Shown: one piece after another, positions 13,063 to 25,600 of the stretch
How positions within the stretch are numbered: the first letter of the stretch is position 1
Layout: each line of letters starts with the position of its first letter
From: Leucoraja erinacea
Lineage: Eukaryota
Reading direction: 5' to 3'
DNA: 64,000 bases
Assembly: GCF_028641065.1 (NCBI RefSeq)
Contig: NC_073402.1
Span: 20,708,001-20,772,000 of the forward strand
Translations under genes and position numbers: made by a program
Notes under the pieces: generated by a model
The model's database searches: none
Seen by the model: only the letters and a program-made list of their open reading frames with translations
What the model was told of the DNA's origin: nothing

Positions 13063-14574
13063 GTAAGTGTTTTCTTTTCAGAATACTGAATGAGGTGTAC
13101 CAAAAAAGAGCAGAGAAATTTGTCTTGCAGAAGGGGTACAACTGTAAACCTATATTTCACTATACACAGCTGATAGAAGCCTAGTTACCTTACAAAAACT
13201 GGAAACTTAATGAAATTCGTTTTAATTATTCAGCACATTGTGTCACTAATTTTGCAGTGTTTCTAGTAACTATTAAACAGATGGGTCTGTTTTACCAGAA
13301 CAATATTAAGTAATTTCAGGTGTTCGGTATAAAATTGCGCATTTTTAAATTGCATTTTAAGAAGCTGCTCGGGGTTAATGGCAGCTTTGGTTATAAGTTG
13401 GTGACTTACCTGTTTTTCTGGATGAATCTCAATTCTTAAGTTACTGTGGTTTGTAATCATTGAGGAAAATGCATCAAATGTCTGGTCAGGCCCTCTGGGG
13501 GTGTTGGATGGTTCTGAATGATGGAATTATTTTCTGATGCCAGGAATGGCATCCAAAACTCTGGAAAAGAGCTAATTCCCCATCTTGCCTCGGTGACAGC
13601 TGTCAGGAAATAAATCCATTCAATACGTTATCCAAGTAAGTCATTTCCAGGCAGGAAACCTAACGTGCTGAGTCTCTTTGAGTTTGGTACTGAACTGGAA
13701 CAAATGGGGTTGGTCTTTTACAGTATCATTAAGAGGAGGACTTTTCCCGAGACTGACAGCTCCTGCTGCAACCTATTTTACCCTTTAGGGTTCTAATTAC
13801 TGACACCTCAAGGGCTGAGCAAGCTGTCAGGATATAAGGCAATATGATATACCGCAGAGTACCTCTAAAGTTTGAGTAATTGTCAGACGCTATTGGGTTC
13901 TACAGTGGGATACTATAGAATCCAGTCCCTATGTAACCCACTATGTAGTGAGATTGGTCATTATTTAAATATTAATATCTAAATACATCAAGAATATACT
14001 GTCTTTGTCATTATCAATTATCTGTTTCTAATTGGAAGCACAAATTAGGCTGGAAATTGTAGCTAAATTGGTTGCACTCTCAAATTGGGGTCAAAAGGTT
14101 GTGGGTGGAAGTTACATTGTCGAGACTTGAACATGAAATCTAGGCTGATGTTTCAGTTCATTAATGTAGGAGCGTTGCACAGTCAGTGTGATATCTTGTG
14201 GGGTAGGACATTAAGCCAATATCCTGACTGCCTCTCTGGATATTTCAAAAAGGATTATTTTGTTCTGCTTATTATTTATCCCCCAATGAACAGTGCAGAA
14301 AAAGTTGGACCAGATTCTGAATTTCTGCCATCTGCTGTTCATGAAGAAATGGCGGGACTTCATGACAAAATGTGTAAGTCAGTACTGACACCAGAAGGTA
14401 TTAAGTTGGGGGACCAGAAGCACTTTCAACAATGACTAGCTTCAACAAGTGCTTCATTGGCTGTGAAGTGTTTGTACGTGTTCTGAAGTGGACATGATAA
14501 TCAATGGGTAAATGCAAGACGTTTATGTTGTTTGGGTTGTAAACAGCAGTGTAAATTTTGAATTCCTTTTTCAG

Positions 14575-14740
14575 AATTGAGAAGCGTGCCAAGTATAGCA
14601 GACGACGGCGTTACAATGATGATGCTGATATTGACTATATTAATGAGAGAAATGCCAACTTCAACAAGAAGGCCGAACGCTTCTATGGAAAATATACTGC
14701 AGAGATCAAGCAGAATTTGGAGAGGGGGACAGCTGTTTAA
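14575..14740 (+). CDS. syf2: SYF2 exon 7 (terminal)
   Basis: [54 protein letters not shown], the conserved SYF2 C-terminus. Confidence 0.97.
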
Positions 14741-15689
14741 CATGCTTTCCCTACAGCTTCAAATGGTCAACAGTGCGGAAATCTGGACAAGTGTTATACC
14801 TTTGTACTACGTCAATGTGGTTTTCAGCTGGTGCTGCAGAATCTTTCATGCATTTATAATCAATAAGGGATCAATTTCTTATAGAAATACTGTCACATAA
14901 TGGTGCAATATGCTTTTCAATTGCTGATAAGGTTTATAAATTGCTATGTTTTATAAGATCCATCCAGGCTCCATGTAGATTTTTTGGGGGGAAGCAACTA
15001 CCAGCGATCGTGTAACTTCAGTTCATTTGATGCTAACACGTAGTCAAACGTTTCTCAAAGATTTAAGTTTCACTGCTCAGAGCTAACATTTTTATCATTA
15101 AATCTTTTTAATTCAAACATTCACAAACATAAACAAATACAAGATGTTCTTTGTTTATTTATTGTGCAGGTTGGTAATTTGCAGGTTGCTAATCTGATTA
15201 TGGTATCTGTGAAAGATTTTAATCAGCTAGTAAATTGATTATTTGGACTGCTAAAGCTGTTTTCTTTTCTTTGTATTTATTCACTGTAAACAGCTTGTGT
15301 AAGTTGTATAGCTAAAATGAGCTTCATGTTAAAATGTTCTATGTTTATAAGCTCTTTGCCATTAAAAGTAGTTGCAACAAATATACCAATTTGTAATTCT
15401 TTGAAACTGAATACGGACAATATAAGTTAATTTGTCAGTGACAATTTAATTTGTTCCTTGTAGAACTGCTATTCAACTCTGCAACCACATCATAAAGGTT
15501 CAATGCATATGGTGTTTGTTTCTCGTAACTTTGAAATTCAAATGCACCTGCCACGTAAAGTTGGATTATGGATGACAATCGGCGTACAATGAGACGAGAC
15601 CAGGAGTGTGCCCTTGAGGAGATTTGGGGTGGGGCTATGGTAGGACCAGCAGAATGCTCTCGAATAACTTTTAACAGGGCGTGGAGTTA

Positions 15690-15972
15690 TTAGTTTAGTG
15701 ATACAGCGCGGAAACTGGCCCTTCGGCTCACCGAGTCCACACCGACCAGCGATCCCGCACTTTAACACTATCCTACGCACACGATGCATAATTTAAAATT
15801 ATACCAAGCCAATTAACCTACACACCCATACATCTTTGGAGTGCGGGAGGAAGCCGAAGGTCTTGGAAAAAATGCACGTGGTGACGGGGAGGACATACAA
15901 ACTGTACAGACAGCACCTGTAGTCGTGATCAAACCTGGAGTGCTGTAAGGCAGCAACTCTATTGCTGTGCCG
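15690..15972 (-). mobile_element. tRNA-derived SINE (V-SINE/HE1-like), antisense copy
   Basis: Reverse-complement similarity to the SINE at 50796; similar copies at ~17860-18075 (-), ~22200-22410 (+) and ~42540-42800 (-). Confidence 0.7.
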
Positions 15973-18334
15973 TCCTGGAAATGGAATGGAACAGAGAACC
16001 AGGAGAATACTTTCAAGGATTGGGGAAGAATATGAGTTGTAACTTTCTCACACAAAGGGTGGTGTTTGTATGAAAGAAGCTACCAGAGGTAGTTGCGGCT
16101 GGGACCATCCCAACGTTTAAGAAACAGTTAGGTACATGGATAGGACAGGTTTGGAGGGATATGGACCAAACCCAGGCAGGTGGGACTAGTGTAGCTGGGA
16201 CATGTTGGCCGGTTTGGCTAAGTTGGGCTGAAGGGCCCGTTTCTACACTGTATGATGTAGATTGGGTAGATAGAAACGTTTCCCCATAGCAGAGGTGTCT
16301 AAGAGGGCTTGGGTTTAAGGTGAGTAGTAGTAAGTTTGGCGAAATCTAAGCAATAATTCATGTTGAGAGTGGTGGCAATCTGGAACGCAGAGCCCAAGAG
16401 TGTGGTAGAGACAAGTACTCTTACAATATTCAGCAAATGGATGAGCACTTGAGCTGCTGAGACATAGCAAGTTATGGACCAAGAGCTGTTAAGCAGCCTA
16501 TGATCGACATACAGTAAGACATGGTGGGCCAAAGGGCCTGTTTCTTAGCTTTATGACATTTTGACAATGTAATAAAGCACCATGAAATCATTTAAATTGT
16601 ACTTTCCATGAGTTGATTGGAGTCCATTAATTTTTTTAATCTGATTTCCAATGAATAGATTACATTTCAAAACCAAGTGGAACGATCCTTGCATCTTTGT
16701 AAACTGTTGCTGCCATCTGGTGGGAATGCAAGGTGCTCCTCCTTGGATAGTTGCAGACAAAGGAAGCTGTCTGCCAAAAGCAATGCTCAACTTTGTAACT
16801 AATGCTGAAGCAGCAAAATCATAATTTCAGAAAATAGAGCAGCACTGCTGGCCTCAATCACTCCCAGACACACAGTTAGAGATATATTTCAGAATTGTTA
16901 ATCCATTAATTAAATAGCATTGTCAAACCATGAGCTAAAATCGCTCTGCTAAAGTCATGTCAACAAATTTAGGGCAGCAGACAGCATTGTGGTAATAATG
17001 TAATAAGAAAGAACTGCAGATGCTGTTTATACCAATGATGGACACAATATGCTGCAGTAACTCCGCAGGCCAGGCAGCATCTCTGGAGAAAATAGATGAG
17101 TGACATTTTGGGTTGAGCCCTCATTTTCTCCAGAGGTGCTACCTGACCCACCGAGTTCCTCCAGTATGTTGTGTCTATCATTGTGGTAATTATACATTTA
17201 CCCAAACACCTACAATGAGAACAATCTGCATGGAGGCTGGATGTTAGTGGAATGCATGATACAGATGCCTTCATAAATCACCTGAACAGGGGAAAATAAA
17301 TGTGAGTAGCATTGGCCATTTCTTACTCAGGGATGCATAAGCATCTCTGGGACAAGGTAATAGACAGTGCCTTGGACTTTTCACAATGCTACCCCCATGA
17401 GACTGGAAATTTGTATTCCAAACTACACTCCCATAAAATGTTGGTGTATTTTTAATCAACATAGTGTTTTGATGATGGTAGCTGTTGGTGGTGGGGGAGG
17501 CAATGTTTGGTGGGATGATAAGGGCACAGCAGGGGCAAACAGTATGCCTGAAATTCACTAAGAAATGTCACCGGCAACTCAAACATCTGTGCTGCTGCTG
17601 CAGCAGCAGCAGCAGCAAGTGGCAGAGACAAGTATTATTTTGGGAAATTTGTTTATCTGGTTTCAATGTTAGGGGGTTTTGATGAAGCCAAATGAAAACT
17701 AGCTGTAACAGGACAAACCTCAAGTTTTTCCATGCATAAGTGGTCCAGGAACAAATCACTCATAGCATGGAAGCAGGATCTTCCAGCCAACTATCACATC
17801 CACTTACACCAATCGATTTTAATTCTGCCCGTAATCCCATCAACTCACGTCAGACTCCACCACCTTCACACAAGGAGCAATTATAGTCGCCAATTAACCA
17901 ATGCACATACCAGGGGCAATTACACTTATCGATCAACCAACCAATGTACATGTTCGGGTTGTGGTTTGAAACCAAAACACAGAGAGGAAACCTATGTTGT
18001 CAGGGAGAACAAGTGCAATCTCCACAGATAGCACCCGAGATTACCCCCTTCAGGTTGCTGGCACTGAGAGGCAGGATCCCAACTTGTAAAGGTACACTAT
18101 TCTAGAACTTAAGCAAGCCACATTGACCTGCCGTTTGTGCTGATCAAATGTCTTAATTGGTGAATGTGAAGATACTGTGGAGAAACCAGAATTATCCAGC
18201 TACTGATCCAAGTTCCACTTATGCAAGATGTGTTATGCTTGCATACGCACATCTCATTGAAGATTAATGCAAAATTTCCCTGTTATTGAATGGAATGCAT
18301 GCCAAGGCTTCTTTCTGGATTGTCTGACAAGAAA

Positions 18335-19070
18335 CATACTCAAAAGACTGCAAATGCTGGAACCTCGAGCAATAATGAGCTGGAGGAACTCAACGGGTCA
18401 AGTAGCATCTATGGATGGAAATAAATTGTTGCATTTCAGGTCAAAAACCTGCTTCCAGACAAGGCCTTGGACAAGAGCTCGAGGTGATTGACGGACCAGG
18501 GAGGGTGAAGGATGATAAAGCCAGAGAGGGGAGGGATGGAGCTGGGAGACCAAGGCAAGTAGATGATGGATGAAAGTAGATAGGAGAAACAAAAAAAGGG
18601 GGGGGGGTAAGAGAAATAAGCCAGAGGAGGGGAGGGTGAGTGTGGAGGGCAACGGTGAGGCCACTGGAAGCAGCAACAAAGGTGATTATGAGACGTATTA
18701 GGGGAGAGACAAATGGCAGATGGAACCACATCCAGATGGGGCAAGGGGAAACCTGCCAGTGAAGTGTGTGTGTGGGATGCAACAAGAGGTAGAGGTAGAG
18801 ACTGGAGGGAAGATTAGTAAGTTTAGTTTATTGTCATGTGTACCTTGACAATAAACTTCCCTCCAGTCTCAAGATGACCTAAAATTGGAAAGTTCAATAT
18901 TTGTACAGTTGGGTTGAAAACTGCCAAGACATAAATGAAGTGTTGTTCCTCTAATTTATATTGGTCTTCACTCCGGCAGTCAAGGCCCAGGATGGACAGA
19001 TTAACATAGTAATGCCAACGGGAATTGAAATGTCATGCAAGAGCTTGGAATGGTCAATGTGGACAGAATA
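18335..19070 (-). mobile_element. Decayed Penelope-like element fragment
   Basis: Antisense similarity to the GIY-YIG C-terminus at 44300 (KLEEQH-like) and to the Penelope terminal repeat. Confidence 0.55.
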
Positions 19071-19440
19071 TTGTGATTCATGTTAAAATAAACCATCAGC
19101 ATCCTTCAAATCAACCCCTTCAAACATCAGTTCCTGTATAGTTAAAACAATGTTTTGTAGTTTAAGAAGGAACTGCAGATGCTGGAAAATCAAAGGTACA
19201 CAAAAAAGCTGGAGAAACTCAGCGGGAGCAGCAGCATCTATGAAGCAAAGGAAATAGGCAACGTTTCGGGCCGAAACCCTTCTTGTTTTGTAGTTATTCA
19301 AATCACTTTCATTTCTACAAGGTTGACAGTTCAATACAATGGATTAGTGCGTTTATATCGTTAGAGACAGTGCATGGTGTATTGGGGGCAGGGAGGTGAT
19401 GGGGGTGGGGTGAAAAGAATGTTTTTCTGGCAACACTTTA

Positions 19441-19851
19441 ACCATATAACAATTACAGCACGGAAACAGGCCATCTCGGCCCTACATGTCCGTGCCAAAC
19501 AACTTTTTTCCCTTAGTCCCACCTGCCTGCACTCATACCATAACCCTCCATTCCCTTCTCATCCATATGCCTATCCAATTTATTTTTAAATGATACCAAT
19601 GAACCTGCCGACACCACTTCCACTGGAAGCTCATTCCACACCACTACCACTCTCTGAGTAAAGAAGTTCCCCCTCATGTTACCCCTAAACTTCTGTCCCT
19701 TAATTCTGAAGTCATGTCCTCTTGTTTGAATCTTCCCTATTCTCAAAGGGAAAAGCTTGTCCACATCAACTCTGTCTATCCCTCTCATCATTTTAAAGAC
19801 CTCTATCAAGTCCCCCCTTAATCTTCTGCGCTCCAGAGAATAAAGACCCAA
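19441..19851 (-). mobile_element. CR1 LINE 3' fragment
   Basis: ORF GLYSLERRRLRGDLIEVFKMMRG...TRGH...FFTQRVVVVWNELP, the CR1 ORF2 C-terminus. Confidence 0.9.
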
Positions 19852-20828
19852 CTTTTACAATGTTATTCTGAGATATTCCTGATCTTGCTTCAACACTTTT
19901 GGACAGACAAAGCTTTCAGGTACTGGAGAGCATATACAACTTTGCCATCACATAGAATACATGATTCTTTATTTAATGTCCTGTTCATTAAATTACAACA
20001 TTCACACTAAATTTCAAACTAATCAATATTATCCCAACAAATTCAGATCTCCAAACTAATCCTCGATCGTGTAATCCACATGTACTTCATCCTGTCCAAT
20101 TTTAACGGCAGATTTGTCAGCTTATTTTTTTTACTGCACTTTATTAGCATTTCCTCCGAATCAATATAAAATCTCAAACTCCATCCACAACCACCAAATA
20201 CAAATAGAAAATGCCATGATCTGCTCTTCTCTGCCTTGATGACTATTTGACAAAAAACCCAATATTTAAAGTTTGTTGAAATGACAACTATTCGTGATAA
20301 TGGTTTTCATATGGCCAGCTAGAGACTGCTATCATTTAAGACCTTTGTGTACCAGTTCTGTTTTAGGTTTCCTTTGAACAGTTCACAATATGCAAGTGAA
20401 ATTAAGCTTTTGGAAAAGCACTGAAAGACTTAAAACGTGACTGCAGAATTAATTCAGCCCACACCTAGGTGTAAGTAATTGGTGAGAATGGATTTCAACA
20501 GACAGAAATGTAGGATGGAATTTGTAGTGTCATCTACTTCATTTGAATATTGTCAGCCTTGGAGAAATTCAACAAAAGGCTCCATATTACAATGTGAATG
20601 TTCATGGACAGTTTAGAAATGTGTATGAAATCGATGCCATGAAATTGAGATAATTGCCCATCATAAATAAATGTGCAGTGATTTCACAATATGGGTAGCA
20701 GCAACCTTAAAGTTTATCATGTCATATCGGAAAAATCTTAAACCTGACATTCAAATACTACTTTGTAGATTGTAATTACCAAATTCATGGAAAAGAATTC
20801 AAGAAACACAAAATCATATTTACAAATC

Positions 20829-20834
20829 TTTATT
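20829..20834 (-). terminator. Likely rsrp1 polyadenylation signal
   Basis: AATAAA on the minus strand about 360 nt after the stop, followed by a GU/U-rich tract (GATTTTGTGTTTCTT). Confidence 0.6.
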
Positions 20835-21190
20835 GAATTCTGAAAAAACGACACAATTACAATATTTCTTCGCATAAACAAAGCCTAATCCAAAATTTTG
20901 GTAAATTACATCTACCTGCAAAACAGCATGGTTTTTTTAGAAGACTGACATTGGGCATAAATCTATCACAGCCTAAGCATTGCTCAACATCTCTGTTAAC
21001 ATGTGTTAGTCCAAATAAATCCTTAATAATTGTACAAAACTATAAATTCCTCCAAAGTCTCCAATTTATGATGAACATTTAACAAAGCGAGCCGAGACTT
21101 CTCATAAATTTCTGCCAAGCAATATAGTGCTGGCTTAAAGTAATTTATTACAAATACATTTGAAATTGTTTTGTATATCCTTCTAAGCCT

Positions 21191-21337
21191 TCACCGTGTT
21201 TGTGTTTTATCACCATTCTTGCGACCACTTTGTACCAGCACCCATTGTCCATATGGGCCTCCTTTCCGCTTATTCTCAGGTGATCCTTTAATCGGGCCAC
21301 TTGATGACTTGTGATTCAAAGGTTTTGCCACTGCATT
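21191..21337 (-). CDS. rsrp1: RSRP1 terminal coding exon
   Basis: cag|NAVAKPLNHK...KGGPYGQWVLV...TR*; matches RSRP1 NSVAKP...SPYGLWIP. Confidence 0.9.
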   Translation of the reverse strand, partial: NAVAKPLNHKSSSGPIKGSPENKRKGGPYGQWVLVQSGRKNGDKTQTR

Positions 21338-21537
21338 CTGTGAAATAATGAGGGGTTAAATGTGAGTAAATGTCAAAGGCCATTGTACCCGTCTGAATTT
21401 AATAGTTAATTATAATTTTTAAAAATAAAAACAAGTTTGCCAGCTTTACTCCAGAACCAAAGGTTAATTTTAGCTAGTTGTACTACAACAGACAGAAAGG
21501 TGAGAATTGCACAAGTATAAAATTACATCATAGTAGT

Positions 21538-21958
21538 TGTAGAAGCCATTTATGCTTAGGCTAACTACTGTTGGCATTTTATATTATTTTGTCTCGATAT
21601 ATCTTGCAGTATTATTCCAAGCCCAGGGGGGGGGCGGTCATTAGATGCACAGAGTGGCGTATACATATGGGCACAGTGGACAGTGAGTGATTCAGACGAG
21701 GCACAGGGGTGCAGAGTACACAGTTCTCACCAGATCGGGGGGGGGGGGGGGGGAAACAGCCTAACTACAACTTGTATGCAGAATAAGGAAAGCCTGGTAC
21801 GTTCATCTTTGTTTGTACAACTACTTCAATAAAGAACCAATTGAACTAGGAATAACAACTGGAAGATCTGTTCTTTATGGTCTGTGTAAGATCACTCCTA
21901 CTTGCCTGTGTAGTAATGGCAATGGAAGACACTGGAAAAGTTAGAAATTGCCATTACA
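21538..21958 (+). mobile_element. Solo LTR (421 bp) in the last rsrp1 intron
   Basis: TGTAGAAGCCATTTATGCTT...GAAATTGCCATTACA, internal AATAAA, 5-bp TSD GTAGT at 21533-21537 and 21959-21963. Confidence 0.85.
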
Positions 21959-22539
21959 GTAGTCTTCATCAGGGACGTCAGGGTTTTGTTCTATATTGTT
22001 TGTTATTTACTGCACTTGTTTGTATGTTATCTATTGACTACTGTTTTTACAACCCTGTTGTACTGCTGCAAATAAGAATTTAATTGTTTTGCTTCAAACA
22101 CTCTTGACCAGTTTACAGCCACTACAAATACACTATAGTCTAATACAAAAACATGGGCCAGAAATCAATCAATCAGATGAATTAAGGCAGATGCCGAGAA
22201 GCACATGGCACACCTGCTGCTTATTCTGCCAAAGACCCAGGTTTAATCCTAGGTGCTGTGTGGAGCTTGAACATTCTCCCAGCAACAATGCGAGTTTCTC
22301 CCAGGTGCTCCAGTTTCCTACCATATCCCAAAGATGTGCGAGATTGTTGGTTAATTGGCCTCCATAAATTGCCTCTAGGGGCCTGTTTCCATGTACTATC
22401 TTTGAATTTAATTCAAATATACTATTTGATGAGATGTTGCTATTCTTTCGGCACATTTTTGTTTGGAAAAATGCACGAGTTTCCATTTAAAATGAGTCAA
22501 GAGGAAAATATAATACTTCATTTAAAATTGTCTACTTAC

Positions 22540-22641
22540 TTTCACACTGAAAGCTATCCAATGATTTGTTTCCATTCTTGAAGGGGCATTTTGTAACTTC
22601 TGAAGTGGTTCATCTTCTTCAACTTCATTTGTGTGTTTCTC
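22540..22641 (-). CDS. rsrp1: RSRP1 coding exon 3
   Basis: 102 nt, EKHTNEVEEDE...NHWIAFSVK|gtaagt; IAFS is the conserved RSRP1 motif. Confidence 0.88.
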
Positions 22642-25600
22642 CTTCAGAAAAAAAAAAATGGCCAGACCAATGAAAATTGTGATCTACATTCAGACAATTC
22701 TGAAAACGTGCAACACTGGCAGGACAACCATTATATCAGCTGTTTTTAAATGGATACACTTTTTTTTCTACCTGTTGTGGTAGAATCTGCAGAGAAGTTG
22801 CTAATGTTTTTTGTGGCTTGGTACCTTCACTAGTTATGCAAATGTGCACCAATATGGCCAACAATTCAGAAAACATCAACCTCATTTTAACATGTTCAGC
22901 CAAGGAACAATTGTAATTTGAAGTGCCATGGTTCCAGTGATTAATGGGTACAAATTACTTCACAAAATGTACAACAATTTACATCAATGAGAATTCCATG
23001 AATGGTTCAAAGATATTTCCAATTCAAACAAAAAATGCTTCTGAGCATGTGGCAAGAGATACTAGAAGTGTACAACTGCGTGTAGCCATGTGAATAAGGT
23101 ATATTCTAGGCTATAAAACCCAGTGAACTTATCTTCAAAAAACGTTGGCCTCTTCTTCGGCAAAGATCTGATATTCAAAACCTCCTGGAACACAGTGAAT
23201 AAATTATGAGGACAAGAAAATCCTAGAACAAAGTTTATGCATGGACAATACCATATCCAACAGCAGCAGTCAGCCAAACCTCAGCCTCATATGCCTCAGA
23301 GCACTTAAAGGAATTAGGTGATATTTATTAATGGGTAAAAAGCCGTATAGCTAAGTTCAGGAACTGATCAGAGTTAAGCAGATTTTAGGCATTGTCACTT
23401 GAAATGTTTAATGGTTTAACTGTGTTCCAGACCAGACTGCAAAAGATATCCTATGTCACGGAATGATAATACAAAGCATGGAATGATAGTTTTGTTTTCC
23501 CTCTGCTTAGAGTAAGAAGTGAGCTTTCTCTCGCAATATCAGATCTAGCATTCCAAGGTCAAGTGCACCATTGACATGCAAAGTGAAGCTCCCTCCATAC
23601 TGCATCCAATAATACATCATACCTCAACTACATAATATCCTACTACTCACACTACCATTACGTAACAACTGAGAGGTAGTCAATCCAATGTCCATTGTGG
23701 GAGACACCTGCTCTAAACAAAGGCGAGGCTGAAACAAACATTCCAATTAAAGATTGGCTGCGAGTTCTGTTCAAACTCACCATCAAGCCAACAATTTAAG
23801 CACATACTTTAAATGCTACAGGGAAAAATAATTTCTGAAACACCATAGGTTTCTTTGACCAGTGGTTTTTAAAAGGAGGGGTTGCATCAAGTTAAAAAAA
23901 GTTGCCAAAGTTTAATTTATTCATGGCTTGGCACCCACATGAAAGAAACGGTAGCTTCCTGTTGCTGTTCTCTCAGCAAGCACGTCTTTGTGCAGTTGTA
24001 CCTTGATATTTCAAAATTAAATCACTGCTTGCTAGTAGTAATAAAGTAAATGGAAATAGTTCAAAGGTTGATTCAAGCCTACATAAAATGGTTTGATTTT
24101 ATCTATGTTAATAATTACCTAGTTATCAAATGATCTTCTGGTTAAACCATTTCATTAACATAGGTCACCTAAAAAAGTTTATAACTATTTAATGTGATTA
24201 AAAGCTACCTTTCCCACACACTGCCCAAATACTGCTGCAATCGCTGTAAATATCTTCTCATTAGACGAGTATTTATCAATACGTTTAAGGTAGTCTACTC
24301 GGGTTCCATTAAAGTAATTAAAAATCACAAATGGATTCTTTCCCATCCACAAAAATAATCAAAGTATGGTTGCTATGGTCGTATCAAAAATGCAAACTAA
24401 GAGGGACAACAATGGAAGGTATATTAGTAGGTATAATGCAGTTATTAAGATGTTAGAAAACAGTGTTTTACAAGGATCAATATTGAATAACACCTATTGA
24501 TAAGCAATAAAAGCTAATTCAGTTTACAGTAAATCAGTATTAAAATATCTTCGAAAATAAGAAACAAAGGGGTGCTGATGCAAAGAATCTCAGAATATAG
24601 CAACATGAAATTAAATGAGGTAATCTAAGGATCAAAAATGCTAACAACATAATTTGTTCCCAGAGAAACAGAATTGAATGTATACAAGACCCCAGCTCAT
24701 TCCTAATGCATAGAATTGGTCTCCATCCTAGAAAAAAGGATATTGATTCACCATTGAAGTGGAGCAAAAATGGTTTACAAAGACAATACTAGGACATATT
24801 ATAGTTTCTTGAAAAAAATATGCAGATTGAAGGTTGTGTTTTTGAGTATAGAGATGCTTAGGACTTAAAATTATGGATAAATTGGATAGAGGTGCAGAAA
24901 TTGTTTGTGTGGGAGATATCTAAATTAGAACAAATACTGGCAGCTAGCACTAACAAATTAGCTACAGAGGGAAAATATCATTGTTCAGTGGTTAAGGATT
25001 GAAATTTAGCACCCTAAAAAGTAGCTAAGTTATATAGCGTTAAAAGGAACATGAGAAAATGCACTAACAAGATATGAATGGAAAAAGGCTAGTGTGCAAT
25101 ATTATTTTTTGTTGGGCTGGATGGGCTACAGTTTCACTATATATTTGGTGTTACTAAAGCAGCCACATTTCCATCAAATATCCTGTGGACTGCCAGAACT
25201 TAGTCTAACATAAAATGGACATGGATAAATGGTTCACATGCCATCTATTTTCCCCATCAATATCTGAGGAAACTAAATATCATTCAGTGCACTGGAATTA
25301 AAATGCATCATGACAAGTCGAATTAGAAGACAATGCAGTATAATGAAGTACCAAATATAGCACTGCCTTGACTTTTGAGAGGGAAGAATTACACCATGCT
25401 TCTCCATTCTCCCCATAGTTCTAAGTAGATGGCTTGATAGAGGTCACATGCTCCCTGATCAAAAATACAAAATAGATAATGCTTCATCCCTCAAGCGCAG
25501 ATGCCAAATAGTAATTATGTTTTAACAGCGGTTAAAAAAGTTACCTCCATTTAAAGAATGTTTATTTACAGTGATAGACATTGCCATAATTCATTTATAT

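Noticed and set aside
12236-21958. A single 9.7-kb LTR retrotransposon bounded by the two related LTRs
   Set aside because: Each LTR has its own TSD pair, and the interval holds syf2 and rsrp1 exons rather than gag/pol.
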